Positions 43,142 through 52,223 of a stretch of 64,000 nucleotides of DNA are shown in pieces. The stretch is from a virus. Its lineage: Duplodnaviria > Heunggongvirae > Uroviricota > Caudoviricetes. The stretch is taken from positions 1 to 64,000 of IMG/VR virus record IMGVR_UViG_3300046507_000639. One strand, given 5' to 3'. The notes below the pieces were generated by a model, which saw nothing but the letters and a program-made list of their open reading frames with translations, did not search any database and was not told the DNA's origin. Every line of letters begins with the position of its first letter. Position 1 is the first letter of the stretch. The position numbers and the translations under genes are program-made.

Positions 43142-43757
43142 CGTGTGGCTCCGCGATGCGGGTTCGCTCCAGCACGTTGTAGTGGCGCAGGAACCTGTTG
43201 AGGAACGCCGCCTTGGCCCGCTCGGGCGTCCAGCACTCGATCTCGACCCCGAGCGGCTCGAAGCCGATGAGGTACCAGTCCTGGTCGCATTCGTACATCA
43301 GCGCGGCCTTCTCGTCCACGATGATGCTGTTGTCGAGCTGCTTCACGCGTACGTGGAACGGGAACGGCAGCCCGAACTTCTTGAAGATGACCCGCTCGAT
43401 GTTCTCCTCGATTCCCCTGTACTCCGTGAGGTACGGCTTGACCGGGCGCGGCACGTCCACGAGGTACGCCTCGGCGGCGTCGTGCATCAGGGCAGCAAAC
43501 TTGTGCTCGTCCTCGATCGCGTCGTGGATGTGACAGCAGTGCTCAGCGATGGAGTAGAAGCGCATCGAGTGGCCGGCGTACCGACACTGGTGAGCGAGCG
43601 AGTGGGCGATGTCGCCGATGTGCACGTCCTCGGGCCTCGGGTCCAACGGGTAGAAGCACCCGCCGGAGTAGACCTGCATCCAGTTTCCGATGCGGTCAGA
43701 ATAGTCTTTGGTCATGAGAAAAACTCCTCTAACGACAGCCGCTTCTCGTACGACCAA
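43134..43757 (-). CDS. HD-domain phosphohydrolase (5'-deoxynucleotidase-like)
   Basis: H..H...HD.AE motifs (HSLAHQ, HDAIE, MHDAAE). Confidence 0.6.
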   Translation of the reverse strand: MVVREAAVVRGVFLMTKDYSDRIGNWMQVYSGGCFYPLDPRPEDVHIGDIAHSLAHQCRYAGHSMRFYSIAEHCCHIHDAIEDEHKFAALMHDAAEAYLVDVPRPVKPYLTEYRGIEENIERVIFKKFGLPFPFHVRVKQLDNSIIVDEKAALMYECDQDWYLIGFEPLGVEIECWTPERAKAAFLNRFLRHYNVLERTRIAEPHGA

Positions 43758-44686
43758 TCGATCTCTTTCAGGATGATGTTGAGTGGGCTTATGAACGTCT
43801 TGTCGAACTGCGTCTCGTAGTCGATGTACTGCTCGAGGTTGAGGCTCGGCGGCAGGGACGACGAGACCGCGAAGACGTTCTCACGGATCGGGTTCGGGAC
43901 CTTCATGTACGTGAACTTGATCTTGTCGCCGTCGTTGATCAGCGGGAACTTCTTGTCGAGGCCGTGCTCCTTGATGGTCGCGTTGTAGACCAGCGCGGCC
44001 CGGACGTGCATCGGGGTGCCCTTGCGGTAGACGGTGTGCTTGTCGGCGTAGTCACGCATCCCGTTGACGCCTGACGGCTTGCCGACCTCCTCGAAGCGCA
44101 TCTTCGAGAACTCGTCCCGGCACTTCGCGACGTACTCGTGGAGCTGCTCCTCGGTGCCGTTCATGATGATGCTGATCGACTTCTTGATGTACTCGCGGCA
44201 GACGTACGGGGTGTTGGACCGCACGGCCTCGATGCCAGTCATCTTGACCTTGGGCTCCTTGTACCGCACGTTCTCGGAGTCCCACACGTTCATGACGTAC
44301 TTCTTCTTGCCCGTCCAGATGGCGACGTCCGCGATGTTCTCGCGCTTCATCTTCATCTTCTGGGAGAACGCGTTCATCATGTCGGCGAGCTCTTGGTACG
44401 ACTCTTCGACGTAGGGCTCGAGGACTTCACGACAGAACTTGTCCACGAAGTTGACGACCTTCTCCTTGTCGGAGGTCTCGCCGAAGACTTTCTTGACGAG
44501 CAGGTCGAGCTTGATGTAGTTGGAGTCTGTGTCGACCGCGAGGACGTAGTCAACTCCGTCCGTCTTGAGCACCCGGTTGAGGTACTCGTTGAACTTCTTC
44601 GCGATCCACTTGATCGAGAGCTGGCCGGACAACGTGATGCTCTCGGCCAGGACGTCTGAGTAGTACAGGAAGTACTGGTTACTCAT
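43712..44686 (-). CDS. family-B DNA polymerase, C-terminal part (43B-like; palm motif C plus thumb)
   Basis: Motif C LAVDTDSNYI and a KKYVMNVWDSE..KMTGIE region. The frame stays open and coding-like upstream to 44871, including motif B KKILLNSCYG, but has no ATG/GTG/TTG. Confidence 0.8.
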   Translation of the reverse strand: MSNQYFLYYSDVLAESITLSGQLSIKWIAKKFNEYLNRVLKTDGVDYVLAVDTDSNYIKLDLLVKKVFGETSDKEKVVNFVDKFCREVLEPYVEESYQELADMMNAFSQKMKMKRENIADVAIWTGKKKYVMNVWDSENVRYKEPKVKMTGIEAVRSNTPYVCREYIKKSISIIMNGTEEQLHEYVAKCRDEFSKMRFEEVGKPSGVNGMRDYADKHTVYRKGTPMHVRAALVYNATIKEHGLDKKFPLINDGDKIKFTYMKVPNPIRENVFAVSSSLPPSLNLEQYIDYETQFDKTFISPLNIILKEIDWSYEKRLSLEEFFS

Positions 44687-44837
44687 AGCGCCGTAGCAGG
44701 AGTTCAGCAGGATCTTCTTGGCGAGCTGGATGTTGTGATACTTAGAGACCTTGACTTCAGTCTCACGGCGCAGAGTTTTGAGCTCTGCGTCGGTCAGAGT
44801 TGAGTAGTCGATGGGGAATGTCCTTGAGAAAGATCTA

Positions 44838-44866
44838 GTATAAACTATTCCGTCGAGAATGTAAAC
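44838..44866 (-). promoter_or_regulatory. sigma70-type promoter (TTTACA-N17-TATACT) inside the polymerase-splitting insert
   Basis: Points into the 43B reading frame. An AAGGA SD-like element follows. Confidence 0.5.
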
Positions 44867-45033
44867 AGTTTAGTAGCACTTCGCGATCTGGATGGTCTGA
44901 CTGCGAGTGGACTCAGACGTCGTCTTGAGCTCTGCGAGTGCCTGCTCACACTTCTCTTGAGAAGAGAAAGTGGTGGACACGTTCACGTAACCGCCGGCCG
45001 CCCAGTTGAACGCCACGAACACTAGCGTGTAGA

Positions 45034-45573
45034 TCATCCGAACGTCTCCTCGATCAGCTTCTTGTGCTCATTGATCACGTCCTCGAGCAGTACCGGCGCG
45101 TAACTCGTCTTCTCGACCGACACGTTGACGTGACGCGTCGTCGGTGCGTCGTTCTGGTGGATGTGGCCGTGGACGTTGTACGTCACCTTGTAGAGGGACG
45201 ACTCGTGCTGCGGCGTGTGGCTGAGCAGCAGGTCGAGCTCCGGCACGAAGCGCCACATCATGATCTTCTGGAAGTGACGCTGCAGGACGGGGCACTTGCC
45301 GTCGTCGTGGTTGCCCAGGATGAGACGCTTCTTCCCGTTCAGCCGAGCGAGAATTTTATCAGCATCATCGCGATGACCAAAGTAAACGTCCCCAAGGTGA
45401 TAAACATGGTCGCTCACTCCTACGACTCGGTTCCAGTTCTCGATCATCGTCTCGTTCATGTGCTCGACGGACTCGAAGAGCTCGCCTCTGAACTTGATGT
45501 GGTGTCCGTCCTCGAAGTTGAGGATGTTCTTGTGGTTGAAGTGCGTGTCGCTTACGACGAAAAGGTCTCTCAC
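45034..45573 (-). CDS. metallophosphoesterase inserted between the two DNA polymerase cistrons
   Basis: DTHFNH, GDVYFGH, GNHDD, HGHIH motifs. Its ATG overlaps the 43A stop (ATGA). Confidence 0.7.
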   Translation of the reverse strand: MRDLFVVSDTHFNHKNILNFEDGHHIKFRGELFESVEHMNETMIENWNRVVGVSDHVYHLGDVYFGHRDDADKILARLNGKKRLILGNHDDGKCPVLQRHFQKIMMWRFVPELDLLLSHTPQHESSLYKVTYNVHGHIHQNDAPTTRHVNVSVEKTSYAPVLLEDVINEHKKLIEETFG

Positions 45574-47060
45574 GTGAGTATGCCTCTCTTCTTCATCTCG
45601 GCCTCTATGGCCTCTAGGTTCTGTTTCTCTTCGATCATCATGGACTTGAACTTCGATCGGTCGTTGTACATCTGCTCCATGAGGACCGGCACGAAGCCCT
45701 GCTTCTCACGGGAGTAGAGGGCGCCGCCGGCAGTCAGTGCGAGGTTGGCCTCCCTCAGCTGGGCCTGCCTCTCGTCGTTCATGAAGCCGTTGATGATCCG
45801 GTCCGGTGAAGTTTCGTCCGACGGCAGCTCGTCCAGCACGTCGACGAACGTCTCGGGCGATATGTTGTACTGCATGATCAGGTGCGGGTACAGGGAGTTC
45901 AAGTCGAAGCTCGCCACCCACTCATGTCGGCCCGTGATGGGCTCCTTGACGTACCCGCCCGCGATCTGCTTCTCCTTCATGGAGTGCTTCTTGGGCGGCG
46001 ACACGATGCCCTGTCCGAGCAGGTAGTTGTGCATGATGATCTCCCAGATCTTCACCGACGTGAACGTGTCAGCGAAGTTGACCAGGGAGTCGTACGCGAT
46101 GGCGAATACCTGCTCGATGAACCCGAGCTTGTCGTTGATCCGCGACACCAGCATGACGTCGTGGATGTTGTAGTCCATGTACTTCTTGAAGTCGTTCTTG
46201 TAGAGGTCGTTGAGCGACTCGTACTCGGAGTAGTCCAGCTTCTTCTCGCCGATCACCACGAACGCGATGTTGTCGAGTCGGTAGGACTCCTCGTTGGAGA
46301 ACGAGAACTTCTTGTAGAGCGGGAGGTAGTCGAGGGACGTGATGCCCACGAGCTCGTACAGGGTCTTGTTGGACCCGTGGTAGAACACCGTGCTCTCTTT
46401 GATCTTCTTCCACGGCGAGAGCAGCAGGACGGAGTCGTCGCCGAGCAGCTTCTTGACGCGGTTCACGATGTACGGGATGTCGAAGTAGTCGATGTTCCAG
46501 CCGGTCACCACGTCGGGGTCGAAGTTGAGCCAGATCTGGATGAACTTGTCGAGGAGGTCGTTCTCGTTCTTACACAGGATGTAAGTGACGTTCGGCAGGC
46601 TCGGCTCGTACGGCATGAGCCCCAGCGAGTAGACCTTCTTGTTCTTCTCGATGGTGATCGCGGTGATCGGCCAGTCGGCCTTCCAGGGGTCGGGGAACTC
46701 ATCGGCTCCGACTTCGATGTCGACGTTGACCACGCTGATCTGCTTCGGGTCGTAAGGCACGTCCCGGTACTCGTCATAGAGGTACACGTACGGCCAGTTA
46801 GTCGACCCGTAGACCTCGAAGTTGTGGACCTCGTCGTACCTCTCGACGAACTCCTTGGCGTCGTAGATAGAGTCGAAGTCGACCTTCTCTACTGGCTGGC
46901 CTCGGAGGGTCCTGTAGCTCGTCGTCGACTCGAGGTTCCTCGAGCGAGTGAAGAGGTACGGCTTGTAGGGGATAGACTCTTGAAAGCGGCGGCCGTTGTT
47001 CCATCCACGGACGCGTACTCGTCCGCCCCAGTGGGCGACGTTCGTATAAAATTTTAGCAT
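45570..47060 (-). CDS. family-B DNA polymerase, N-terminal part (43A-like; 3'-5' exonuclease plus motif A)
   Basis: Exo I VDIEV. Motif A DLNSLYPHLI. The polypeptide ends ...KKRGILT before motif B. Confidence 0.8.
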   Translation of the reverse strand: MLKFYTNVAHWGGRVRVRGWNNGRRFQESIPYKPYLFTRSRNLESTTSYRTLRGQPVEKVDFDSIYDAKEFVERYDEVHNFEVYGSTNWPYVYLYDEYRDVPYDPKQISVVNVDIEVGADEFPDPWKADWPITAITIEKNKKVYSLGLMPYEPSLPNVTYILCKNENDLLDKFIQIWLNFDPDVVTGWNIDYFDIPYIVNRVKKLLGDDSVLLLSPWKKIKESTVFYHGSNKTLYELVGITSLDYLPLYKKFSFSNEESYRLDNIAFVVIGEKKLDYSEYESLNDLYKNDFKKYMDYNIHDVMLVSRINDKLGFIEQVFAIAYDSLVNFADTFTSVKIWEIIMHNYLLGQGIVSPPKKHSMKEKQIAGGYVKEPITGRHEWVASFDLNSLYPHLIMQYNISPETFVDVLDELPSDETSPDRIINGFMNDERQAQLREANLALTAGGALYSREKQGFVPVLMEQMYNDRSKFKSMMIEEKQNLEAIEAEMKKRGILT

Positions 47061-47066
47061 TGACTG

Positions 47067-47096
47067 ATTCTATACCGATCTCAAGAAAATGTCAAC
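47067..47096 (-). promoter_or_regulatory. promoter TTGACA-N17-TAGAAT giving a leaderless DNA polymerase mRNA
   Basis: The -10 ends 6 nt before the ATG at 47058-47060. Confidence 0.5.
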
Positions 47097-47543
47097 TCAA
47101 TTGAACATGAGTCGACGAACGTATCCGCTGTAATGCGGGTGCGGCACAAAATGTCCTTCTTCCTGGTTGAGGACCAGGCCTGACACCTTCGTCGCTCCCG
47201 TGAAGTACAGGTAAGTTGCGTTCACGTCGGCGTCAAACTGGACGTCGATCACATCGCGGGCGGCGAGCTTGAAGAGGTCTGCGATAAACGTCGAGTTCGT
47301 GATGACAGTCCTCGCAGGAGCTTGACGGTACCTCGTCGTCATCTCTTTACCGAGTCGCAGTACATCCATGCACGTCTCGACGTTCACTTCCTCAACCCCT
47401 TCGAGCGAGTTGATTAGCTCGGCGACGCTGCCGAATGTCTGCGAGACAGGGAAAGACTGCACGACGAAGGAGAGCTCTTCCGTCCCTCCTTCGCTCGATC
47501 TCGACTCGTACGCGAGGTAGAACCACTTCTTCACGTCGCTCAT
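47097..47543 (-). CDS. hypothetical protein (start MSDVKKW)
   Basis: The Arg/Pro-rich N-terminal extension of the ORF is rejected. Confidence 0.5.
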   Translation of the reverse strand: MSDVKKWFYLAYESRSSEGGTEELSFVVQSFPVSQTFGSVAELINSLEGVEEVNVETCMDVLRLGKEMTTRYRQAPARTVITNSTFIADLFKLAARDVIDVQFDADVNATYLYFTGATKVSGLVLNQEEGHFVPHPHYSGYVRRLMFN

Positions 47544-47712
47544 TCTCCACTCCTCGACGCGTCTCGCGCGAGCCTCCGTATGTCGCAGCGTGACACTCCC
47601 ATGTCTCGGAGGTCGCGGTCGCTCAGGGAATCGAGCTCCGAGACGGTCTTCCTGTACTTGCGGTATCGTTCTATGCGTCCTAGCATGGGGACTTCCTTTC
47701 GATAAATAGCGT

Positions 47713-48024
47713 ATGAAGAGAGAAATAGAAAACGTATTCCAGAAACACTGGCGAGCAGCGATCGGATGGGCCTTCGTGGTGATCATCTTGTTCGACTTCG
47801 TAGTCGCGCCAAGCATCGTGCTGACGATGATAAAGGCGGGGATAGCGATAGCCCCCTGGACGCCGCTCACTATGGACGGCGCGGGGACTTTCTACCTGGC
47901 TATCGGTGCGATCCTCGGCGCCACCACGTGGCAGAAGGGCCGAGAAGAGATCGAGCGCGCGAAGCGCTCGTACGACTTCGGGAAAGACTCAGGACCCACC
48001 GAGGACCCCGGTCCTCCGCAGTGA
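47713..48024 (+). CDS. hypothetical membrane protein (+ strand)
   Basis: 103 aa with 2 TM segments and coding-like codon usage. No clear SD. Confidence 0.4.
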   Translation: MKREIENVFQKHWRAAIGWAFVVIILFDFVVAPSIVLTMIKAGIAIAPWTPLTMDGAGTFYLAIGAILGATTWQKGREEIERAKRSYDFGKDSGPTEDPGPPQ

Positions 48025-48297
48025 TCAGTCTTCGCTGAACTCAGAGATGAACGACTCGATGTCTAGACGGCCAGGAACTTTCCAGTTCGTGATCTGGCCC
48101 GTCTCGATGTCGATGATCAGGTGCATGTATTCGCTGTACTCCCCCGGGATCAGAGTGTGAGGGACGTAGCCCTCGTAGTTCACGACCGTGTCTCCCTGGG
48201 CGTCCTTCAACAGGAAGTGCATCTCGTCGCACACCTTAAGGTACATGTCGATCGTCTTCACGTCGACGTTCACGGTCTTCTTCATCCCGATGATCAT
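48025..48297 (-). CDS. hypothetical protein (start MIIGMKK)
   Basis: TGATG coupling to the upstream small ORF. Confidence 0.45.
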   Translation of the reverse strand: MIIGMKKTVNVDVKTIDMYLKVCDEMHFLLKDAQGDTVVNYEGYVPHTLIPGEYSEYMHLIIDIETGQITNWKVPGRLDIESFISEFSED

Positions 48298-48467
48298 CAC
48301 AGCTCCTTGATGCGGTAGTTCACGACTCGACTGTCGATCTTCTTGAGGTTGGACGCGAAGAAAGACGCGCTCTCGTAATCGTCGAGGTGGTACTTCTCTA
48401 CGACGGTCAGGGAGTTCGTCTTGATCTTGTTTGAGATGAAACGTTCGACGATCGCTACACAAGCCAT
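48297..48467 (-). CDS. small hypothetical protein (57 aa)
   Basis: Consensus promoter 48500..48528. MACVAIVERFISNKIK... Confidence 0.4.
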   Translation of the reverse strand: MACVAIVERFISNKIKTNSLTVVEKYHLDDYESASFFASNLKKIDSRVVNYRIKEL

Positions 48468-48499
48468 GGCATGCTCCCTACATTCTCAGTATTTATCGC

Positions 48500-48528
48500 A
48501 TTATAACACTTCTTTTGAGAAATGTCAA
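48500..48528 (-). promoter_or_regulatory. consensus sigma70 promoter TTGACA-N17-TATAAT
   Basis: Flanked by the duplicated 14-mer tcttttgagaaatg (48513..48547). Confidence 0.55.
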
Positions 48529-48707
48529 CCATTCTTTTGAGAAATGGAGGCAGCGAGGCGTTCTAGCTGGCCGATGCACTCCCGCCGCTCGAGCTCGTTC
48601 TGAGCCCTCATGGACGGGTCGACCCAGTCCTGGCGGAAGTTGAAGAAGGTGAGGGAGTCGCTGAGCTGGCCCATGAGGACCAGCATTTCTTCTACGGTAT
48701 AGTTCAT
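48525..48707 (-). CDS. hypothetical protein
   Basis: 60 aa ORF. Confidence 0.5.
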   Translation of the reverse strand: MNYTVEEMLVLMGQLSDSLTFFNFRQDWVDPSMRAQNELERRECIGQLERLAASISQKNG

Positions 48708-48752
48708 GTCATCCCAGGAGTTAGAGTAGGGGAGCCGAAGCTCCCCGGTGTG

Positions 48753-49709
48753 TCAGGCCGCCATCTCGAGGGCGATCTGGAGTGCTTCGATCTTCTTCTG
48801 CTGGTACCGGCCGAACCACGAGGAGTCCAGCCGGGTGTCGGCCGAGATGCCGAGCTTGTGGTCGGTGGCGTAGGTCACCGCGTTGAAGAGGTTCCAGAAC
48901 GTACCGGGCGCCAGGTTGGCTCCGGGCTGGGTCTCGATGACGTCGTACACCACCTTGGCCGGCTTCGTGAAGTCGCGGTCGGGGCGTACCGAGCCCTCGC
49001 CGATCGGGAAGAGCCGGTTGAGGTACTCGTGGATCTGCTCCTTCGTGCAGTGCTTCGTGGCGAGGAACCGCGAGCGCTCCTTGTAGATCTCGGTGTTCGC
49101 CTTGGTGAAGCCCAGGGTCTCCTTGACCATCTCGGCGTCGAACTTCCTCGAGTGGTTCAGCCGGATCATGCTGTTCGCCTTCTTGGAGAGGGCGTAGGTC
49201 AGCGTGTTGTTGCAGACCACCCGGATGTTCGTCGCCCGGACCTCGATGGAGCGTCCGTACTGGTGCGGGTTGGAGAAGAGGAGGAAGGACTCCACCTTGT
49301 CTCCCTTGACCGCGTCGAAGGCGCCGTCCTTGATCTTGGCGAGCGCCCAGATCATCCGGCCTCCGCGGAGCGAGCCGGCGGTGTTCATCTCCATGTCGCC
49401 TGCCATGACCCAGTCGTGGAAGAAGCCGAAGGCCTCAGCGTTCTGGACCGGCTCCCAGTCGTTGGAGATGACGTCGAGTACCCGGTCGTCCCTGTCGCGG
49501 ACGAGTGCCGAGCGGCTCGTGGGGAGCCTCTTGCCGTTCCGTTCCGCGAAGAGCGGGACCTTCACGACCGACCAGTCAAGCTGGGCGGCCTCGAGCATCT
49601 GCGTGGGAGTCAGGTCGGCCGGGACAGGCTTTCCGAGGCCGTGCCAGGGTACCTCACCGGCGTACGCAATAGCCGCCTTGCCGTCGATGAATTCCAATTC
49701 GTGTGCCAT
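48753..49709 (-). CDS. DUF932-like (phage/plasmid-like protein) family member
   Basis: About 320 aa. VISNDWEPVQNAEAFGF region. Promoter 49738..49766 and SD AAAGGAGAG upstream of MAHELEF. Confidence 0.55.
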   Translation of the reverse strand: MAHELEFIDGKAAIAYAGEVPWHGLGKPVPADLTPTQMLEAAQLDWSVVKVPLFAERNGKRLPTSRSALVRDRDDRVLDVISNDWEPVQNAEAFGFFHDWVMAGDMEMNTAGSLRGGRMIWALAKIKDGAFDAVKGDKVESFLLFSNPHQYGRSIEVRATNIRVVCNNTLTYALSKKANSMIRLNHSRKFDAEMVKETLGFTKANTEIYKERSRFLATKHCTKEQIHEYLNRLFPIGEGSVRPDRDFTKPAKVVYDVIETQPGANLAPGTFWNLFNAVTYATDHKLGISADTRLDSSWFGRYQQKKIEALQIALEMAA

Positions 49710-49737
49710 GCTACTCTCCTTTCGTTGTCGATATAGA

Positions 49738-49766
49738 GAGTATATCACCAGTCGTGAGGATTGTCA
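49738..49766 (-). promoter_or_regulatory. sigma70-type promoter (TTGACA-N17-TATACT)
   Basis: Perfect hexamers. Confidence 0.55.
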
Positions 49767-49777
49767 ACCAACTATTT

Positions 49778-49933
49778 TTATTTTTGTTTGGAGAGGTTTT
49801 CCGCGATGGCGTTGGCGAAGATCATGATGACGTAGGCGATGATGGTCACCGGCCAGTTGGCGACGGTGATGCCCAGACCTACCGTGAGGAACAAGTAGTA
49901 GGCGACGATGCTGATGGCGGCGAAAATGAGCAT
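49778..49933 (-). CDS. small membrane protein (51 aa, 2 TM)
   Basis: MLIFAAISIVAYYLFLTVGLGITVANWPVTIIAYVIMIFANAI. The alternative ORF 49764..50006 is rejected. Confidence 0.45.
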   Translation of the reverse strand: MLIFAAISIVAYYLFLTVGLGITVANWPVTIIAYVIMIFANAIAENLSKQK

Positions 49934-49935
49934 TT

Positions 49936-50433
49936 TCAAGAGTGTTTCTCCTTGATGAACCAGATGAAGTTCTCAGACGAGTGACCGTCGAGGTGCTTCG
50001 GGTCATCTATCGGCTGACGGTACTGCATGGAGACGATCTGGTGGTCGTTGATCGCGATGATCTTCTTCCAGACCTTGGCGTTCCGCTGGTTCTTGCAGCG
50101 GACGAAGTCACCCACCGCGATCTCATCGATCCACGCGTTCCATCCCTTGGCCTCCTTGAGCGGCGGTCGCACGAGGGCCTCGCGAGCGAAGTCTTCGAGC
50201 GGCACGTCGACGTGGTTGAGTGGCCAGCGATACAGCCGCACGATCGCCGGGATGAGCCCGGGCTCAGTCCACTTGTTGTCGACGCGGAACTGAGTTATGA
50301 CGGAGGCACGCTGCGCTTCGACGTCACGGAACTTGACCTCGCAGCCCATGCTCTGGACGAAGTAATTGTGAGGCGCGACCTTGAACTTCTCGATGTCGAC
50401 CGGCTGCCAGTCTGTAGATACTCTCTTGCTCAC
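49936..50433 (-). CDS. hypothetical protein
   Basis: 165 aa ORF. Confidence 0.6.
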   Translation of the reverse strand: MSKRVSTDWQPVDIEKFKVAPHNYFVQSMGCEVKFRDVEAQRASVITQFRVDNKWTEPGLIPAIVRLYRWPLNHVDVPLEDFAREALVRPPLKEAKGWNAWIDEIAVGDFVRCKNQRNAKVWKKIIAINDHQIVSMQYRQPIDDPKHLDGHSSENFIWFIKEKHS

Positions 50434-50813
50434 AGGAAGTCCTTGAAGTTGTCAAACTCGTACGAGGTGAGGGTGACAGCGCTGTCGGCGGCATTAGCGG
50501 CCATGTCGAGGTACGTGAGGGTCCTGGACAGCTTATACGGCAACCAGTCGTGGTCATCGAGCTCGGCTGCCGTGACTAGCCCTTCGCTCACGAGCGTGTA
50601 CCCGCAGAGCTCCACGGCGTCGTAACGCGTGAGCGTCCACTCGGTGTAGGTCGTGACGATCATCTTGACCTTCCGGAGAGACTTCCACCGCCACTTGCGG
50701 TAGGCCCTCCCGACGACTGCCTTCTCGATGCTCTGTCGGGCTTTACTCACTCGTGCCGACATCACGTCGCACGCTGCTTTCAGCTGGTCGTACGTAAACT
50801 TAGCCTCAGCCAT
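50430..50813 (-). CDS. hypothetical protein
   Basis: 127 aa with ATGA coupling. Confidence 0.6.
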   Translation of the reverse strand: MAEAKFTYDQLKAACDVMSARVSKARQSIEKAVVGRAYRKWRWKSLRKVKMIVTTYTEWTLTRYDAVELCGYTLVSEGLVTAAELDDHDWLPYKLSRTLTYLDMAANAADSAVTLTSYEFDNFKDFL

Positions 50814-51795
50814 TCCTGCCTCCGATCCTGTTCCGGATGACTTCCCACTCGTAGTGGTCGTTCCTCAGGTTGTCCATGAACTCGACGTCCGGCTTTGCCG
50901 GCAGAGTCGAGCTGTGTCCGAGCTGCTCGACCGTCTCGAGCAGGTAGTCGAGGTACGGTGCGATCTCGTCGTAGGGCACCTCGCCGCGCTTGATCGCTTT
51001 GAGACGCTCAGCGTTCGGTCGAGGGAAGACGATCTCGCCGGTCATTAGGAGGTCTACCGCCTGCTCGCCGATGCGGACTGCGTGGGAGACGGCTTTCCAG
51101 TCGAGCCCCTCGTTGGTCGCAGCGGCGCGGGCGCGGGCGCCGTAGTTGTCCAGGACCCTCGAGTACACGTCGAGCGCGGTCTTGATCGTCGCCGACAGGG
51201 GAACTTTTCGGTCGCAGCACACGAGGTGGAACAACTCACGTCCGTTGTTAGTGATGAGTTCCCACGACGTGAACAGCTTGCCCTCGCAGAACGCCTTGAG
51301 TTTCTGCTCCACTCCGGGGACGTCTTGGAGCTTCGTTCCGGTGTTGTAGCCCCACAGCTCGTTCAGCAGGTGGTCCACGAGGGCTTGCACCTCGTTGAAC
51401 CTCTCACCGCGCACCCCGTAGGTCGCGGCCTGGCGCTGCACGTAGCCGACGAAGCCCCTGCACTCGCGCGTGAGCATCCTGTCGCGGTTCTTCACGATGT
51501 GGTTCCAGTCAATGGACGACCCGTCATGCGGAGCGAACAGCATCTCGTAGGCGTTCATGTCGCCCTTGATGAGCATGTCGAAGAACTTGTGGAGCGAGTA
51601 GAGCTCGCGGTCGACGTCCTCGGCGGTGTTCTTCACGGACGAGGAGCCGGTGTTGAAGGTCTTCACGTCGGGAGTCTTCGGCAGGAGTATCTCCCGCGCA
51701 GAAGGGAGGTAGACGCCCTTGAAGTCGTGGTCAGAAGTCGGCGTGCTCGTACCGTAGAGGTGCGAGCCGAAGACGGTCTCGAACAAAATTCTCAT
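50806..51795 (-). CDS. predicted minimal nucleotidyltransferase (GS..YG...SDhD N-terminus)
   Basis: FGSHLYGTSTPTSDHDFKGVY resembles the Pol-beta-type NTase signature. Promoter 51821..51849. Confidence 0.5.
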   Translation of the reverse strand: MRILFETVFGSHLYGTSTPTSDHDFKGVYLPSAREILLPKTPDVKTFNTGSSSVKNTAEDVDRELYSLHKFFDMLIKGDMNAYEMLFAPHDGSSIDWNHIVKNRDRMLTRECRGFVGYVQRQAATYGVRGERFNEVQALVDHLLNELWGYNTGTKLQDVPGVEQKLKAFCEGKLFTSWELITNNGRELFHLVCCDRKVPLSATIKTALDVYSRVLDNYGARARAAATNEGLDWKAVSHAVRIGEQAVDLLMTGEIVFPRPNAERLKAIKRGEVPYDEIAPYLDYLLETVEQLGHSSTLPAKPDVEFMDNLRNDHYEWEVIRNRIGGRNG

Positions 51796-51820
51796 GCGAT
51801 TCTCACGTTGATTGAGAATC

Positions 51821-51849
51821 AGATATAACTCATTTCTAGACGTTTGTCA
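51821..51849 (-). promoter_or_regulatory. sigma70-type promoter (TTGACA-N17-TATATC), preceded by a terminator-like hairpin
   Basis: Hairpin GCCCCGG...CCGAGGC plus T-run at about 51855..51895. Confidence 0.5.
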
Positions 51850-51953
51850 ACTGAAAAGCCCCGGTTTACACCGAGGCTTCTGCTACTTTTTGGGAAATGA
51901 AGAGGGCCATCTCGAACCCTCCGAGGGCCGCCAGGACGGCCAGGATGATGAAC

Positions 51954-52193
51954 TCAAATGTTCGCGTCACGCGAGTCTCCATACTTTCGTTTCTCGCCCG
52001 CCCGCTTCTTTGCGGCCGCGAGCACTCTCTTCTTCCACTCGGCTTCCACGTGGGCCTTCATGTGAGCCGCCGCGTTGATGTGCTTCGTCCCGTGTTTCAT
52101 GGCGTGGGCGATGATCTCCTGTCGGAGCTTCATCTCCCTAGCGTCCTTCGCCTTCTGTTCGGGCGTCTTACCCACGGGTGGTTTGTATGCCAT
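51954..52193 (-). CDS. hypothetical basic protein
   Basis: 79 aa, K/A/H-rich. Confidence 0.5.
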   Translation of the reverse strand: MAYKPPVGKTPEQKAKDAREMKLRQEIIAHAMKHGTKHINAAAHMKAHVEAEWKKRVLAAAKKRAGEKRKYGDSRDANI

Positions 52194-52223
52194 GACTTCT
52201 TCTCCTGTTTGGAGTATTTATAG

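Noticed and set aside
44687-45569. Group I intron or intein interpretation of the polymerase interruption
   Set aside because: The upstream cistron ends in a stop that overlaps the ATG of a complete phosphoesterase gene (ATGA), and a sigma70 promoter faces the downstream half. An intein is excluded because stops are present. I could not identify P1/P7-like elements by eye, so an intron is not excluded; it is kept as an alternative in the finding.
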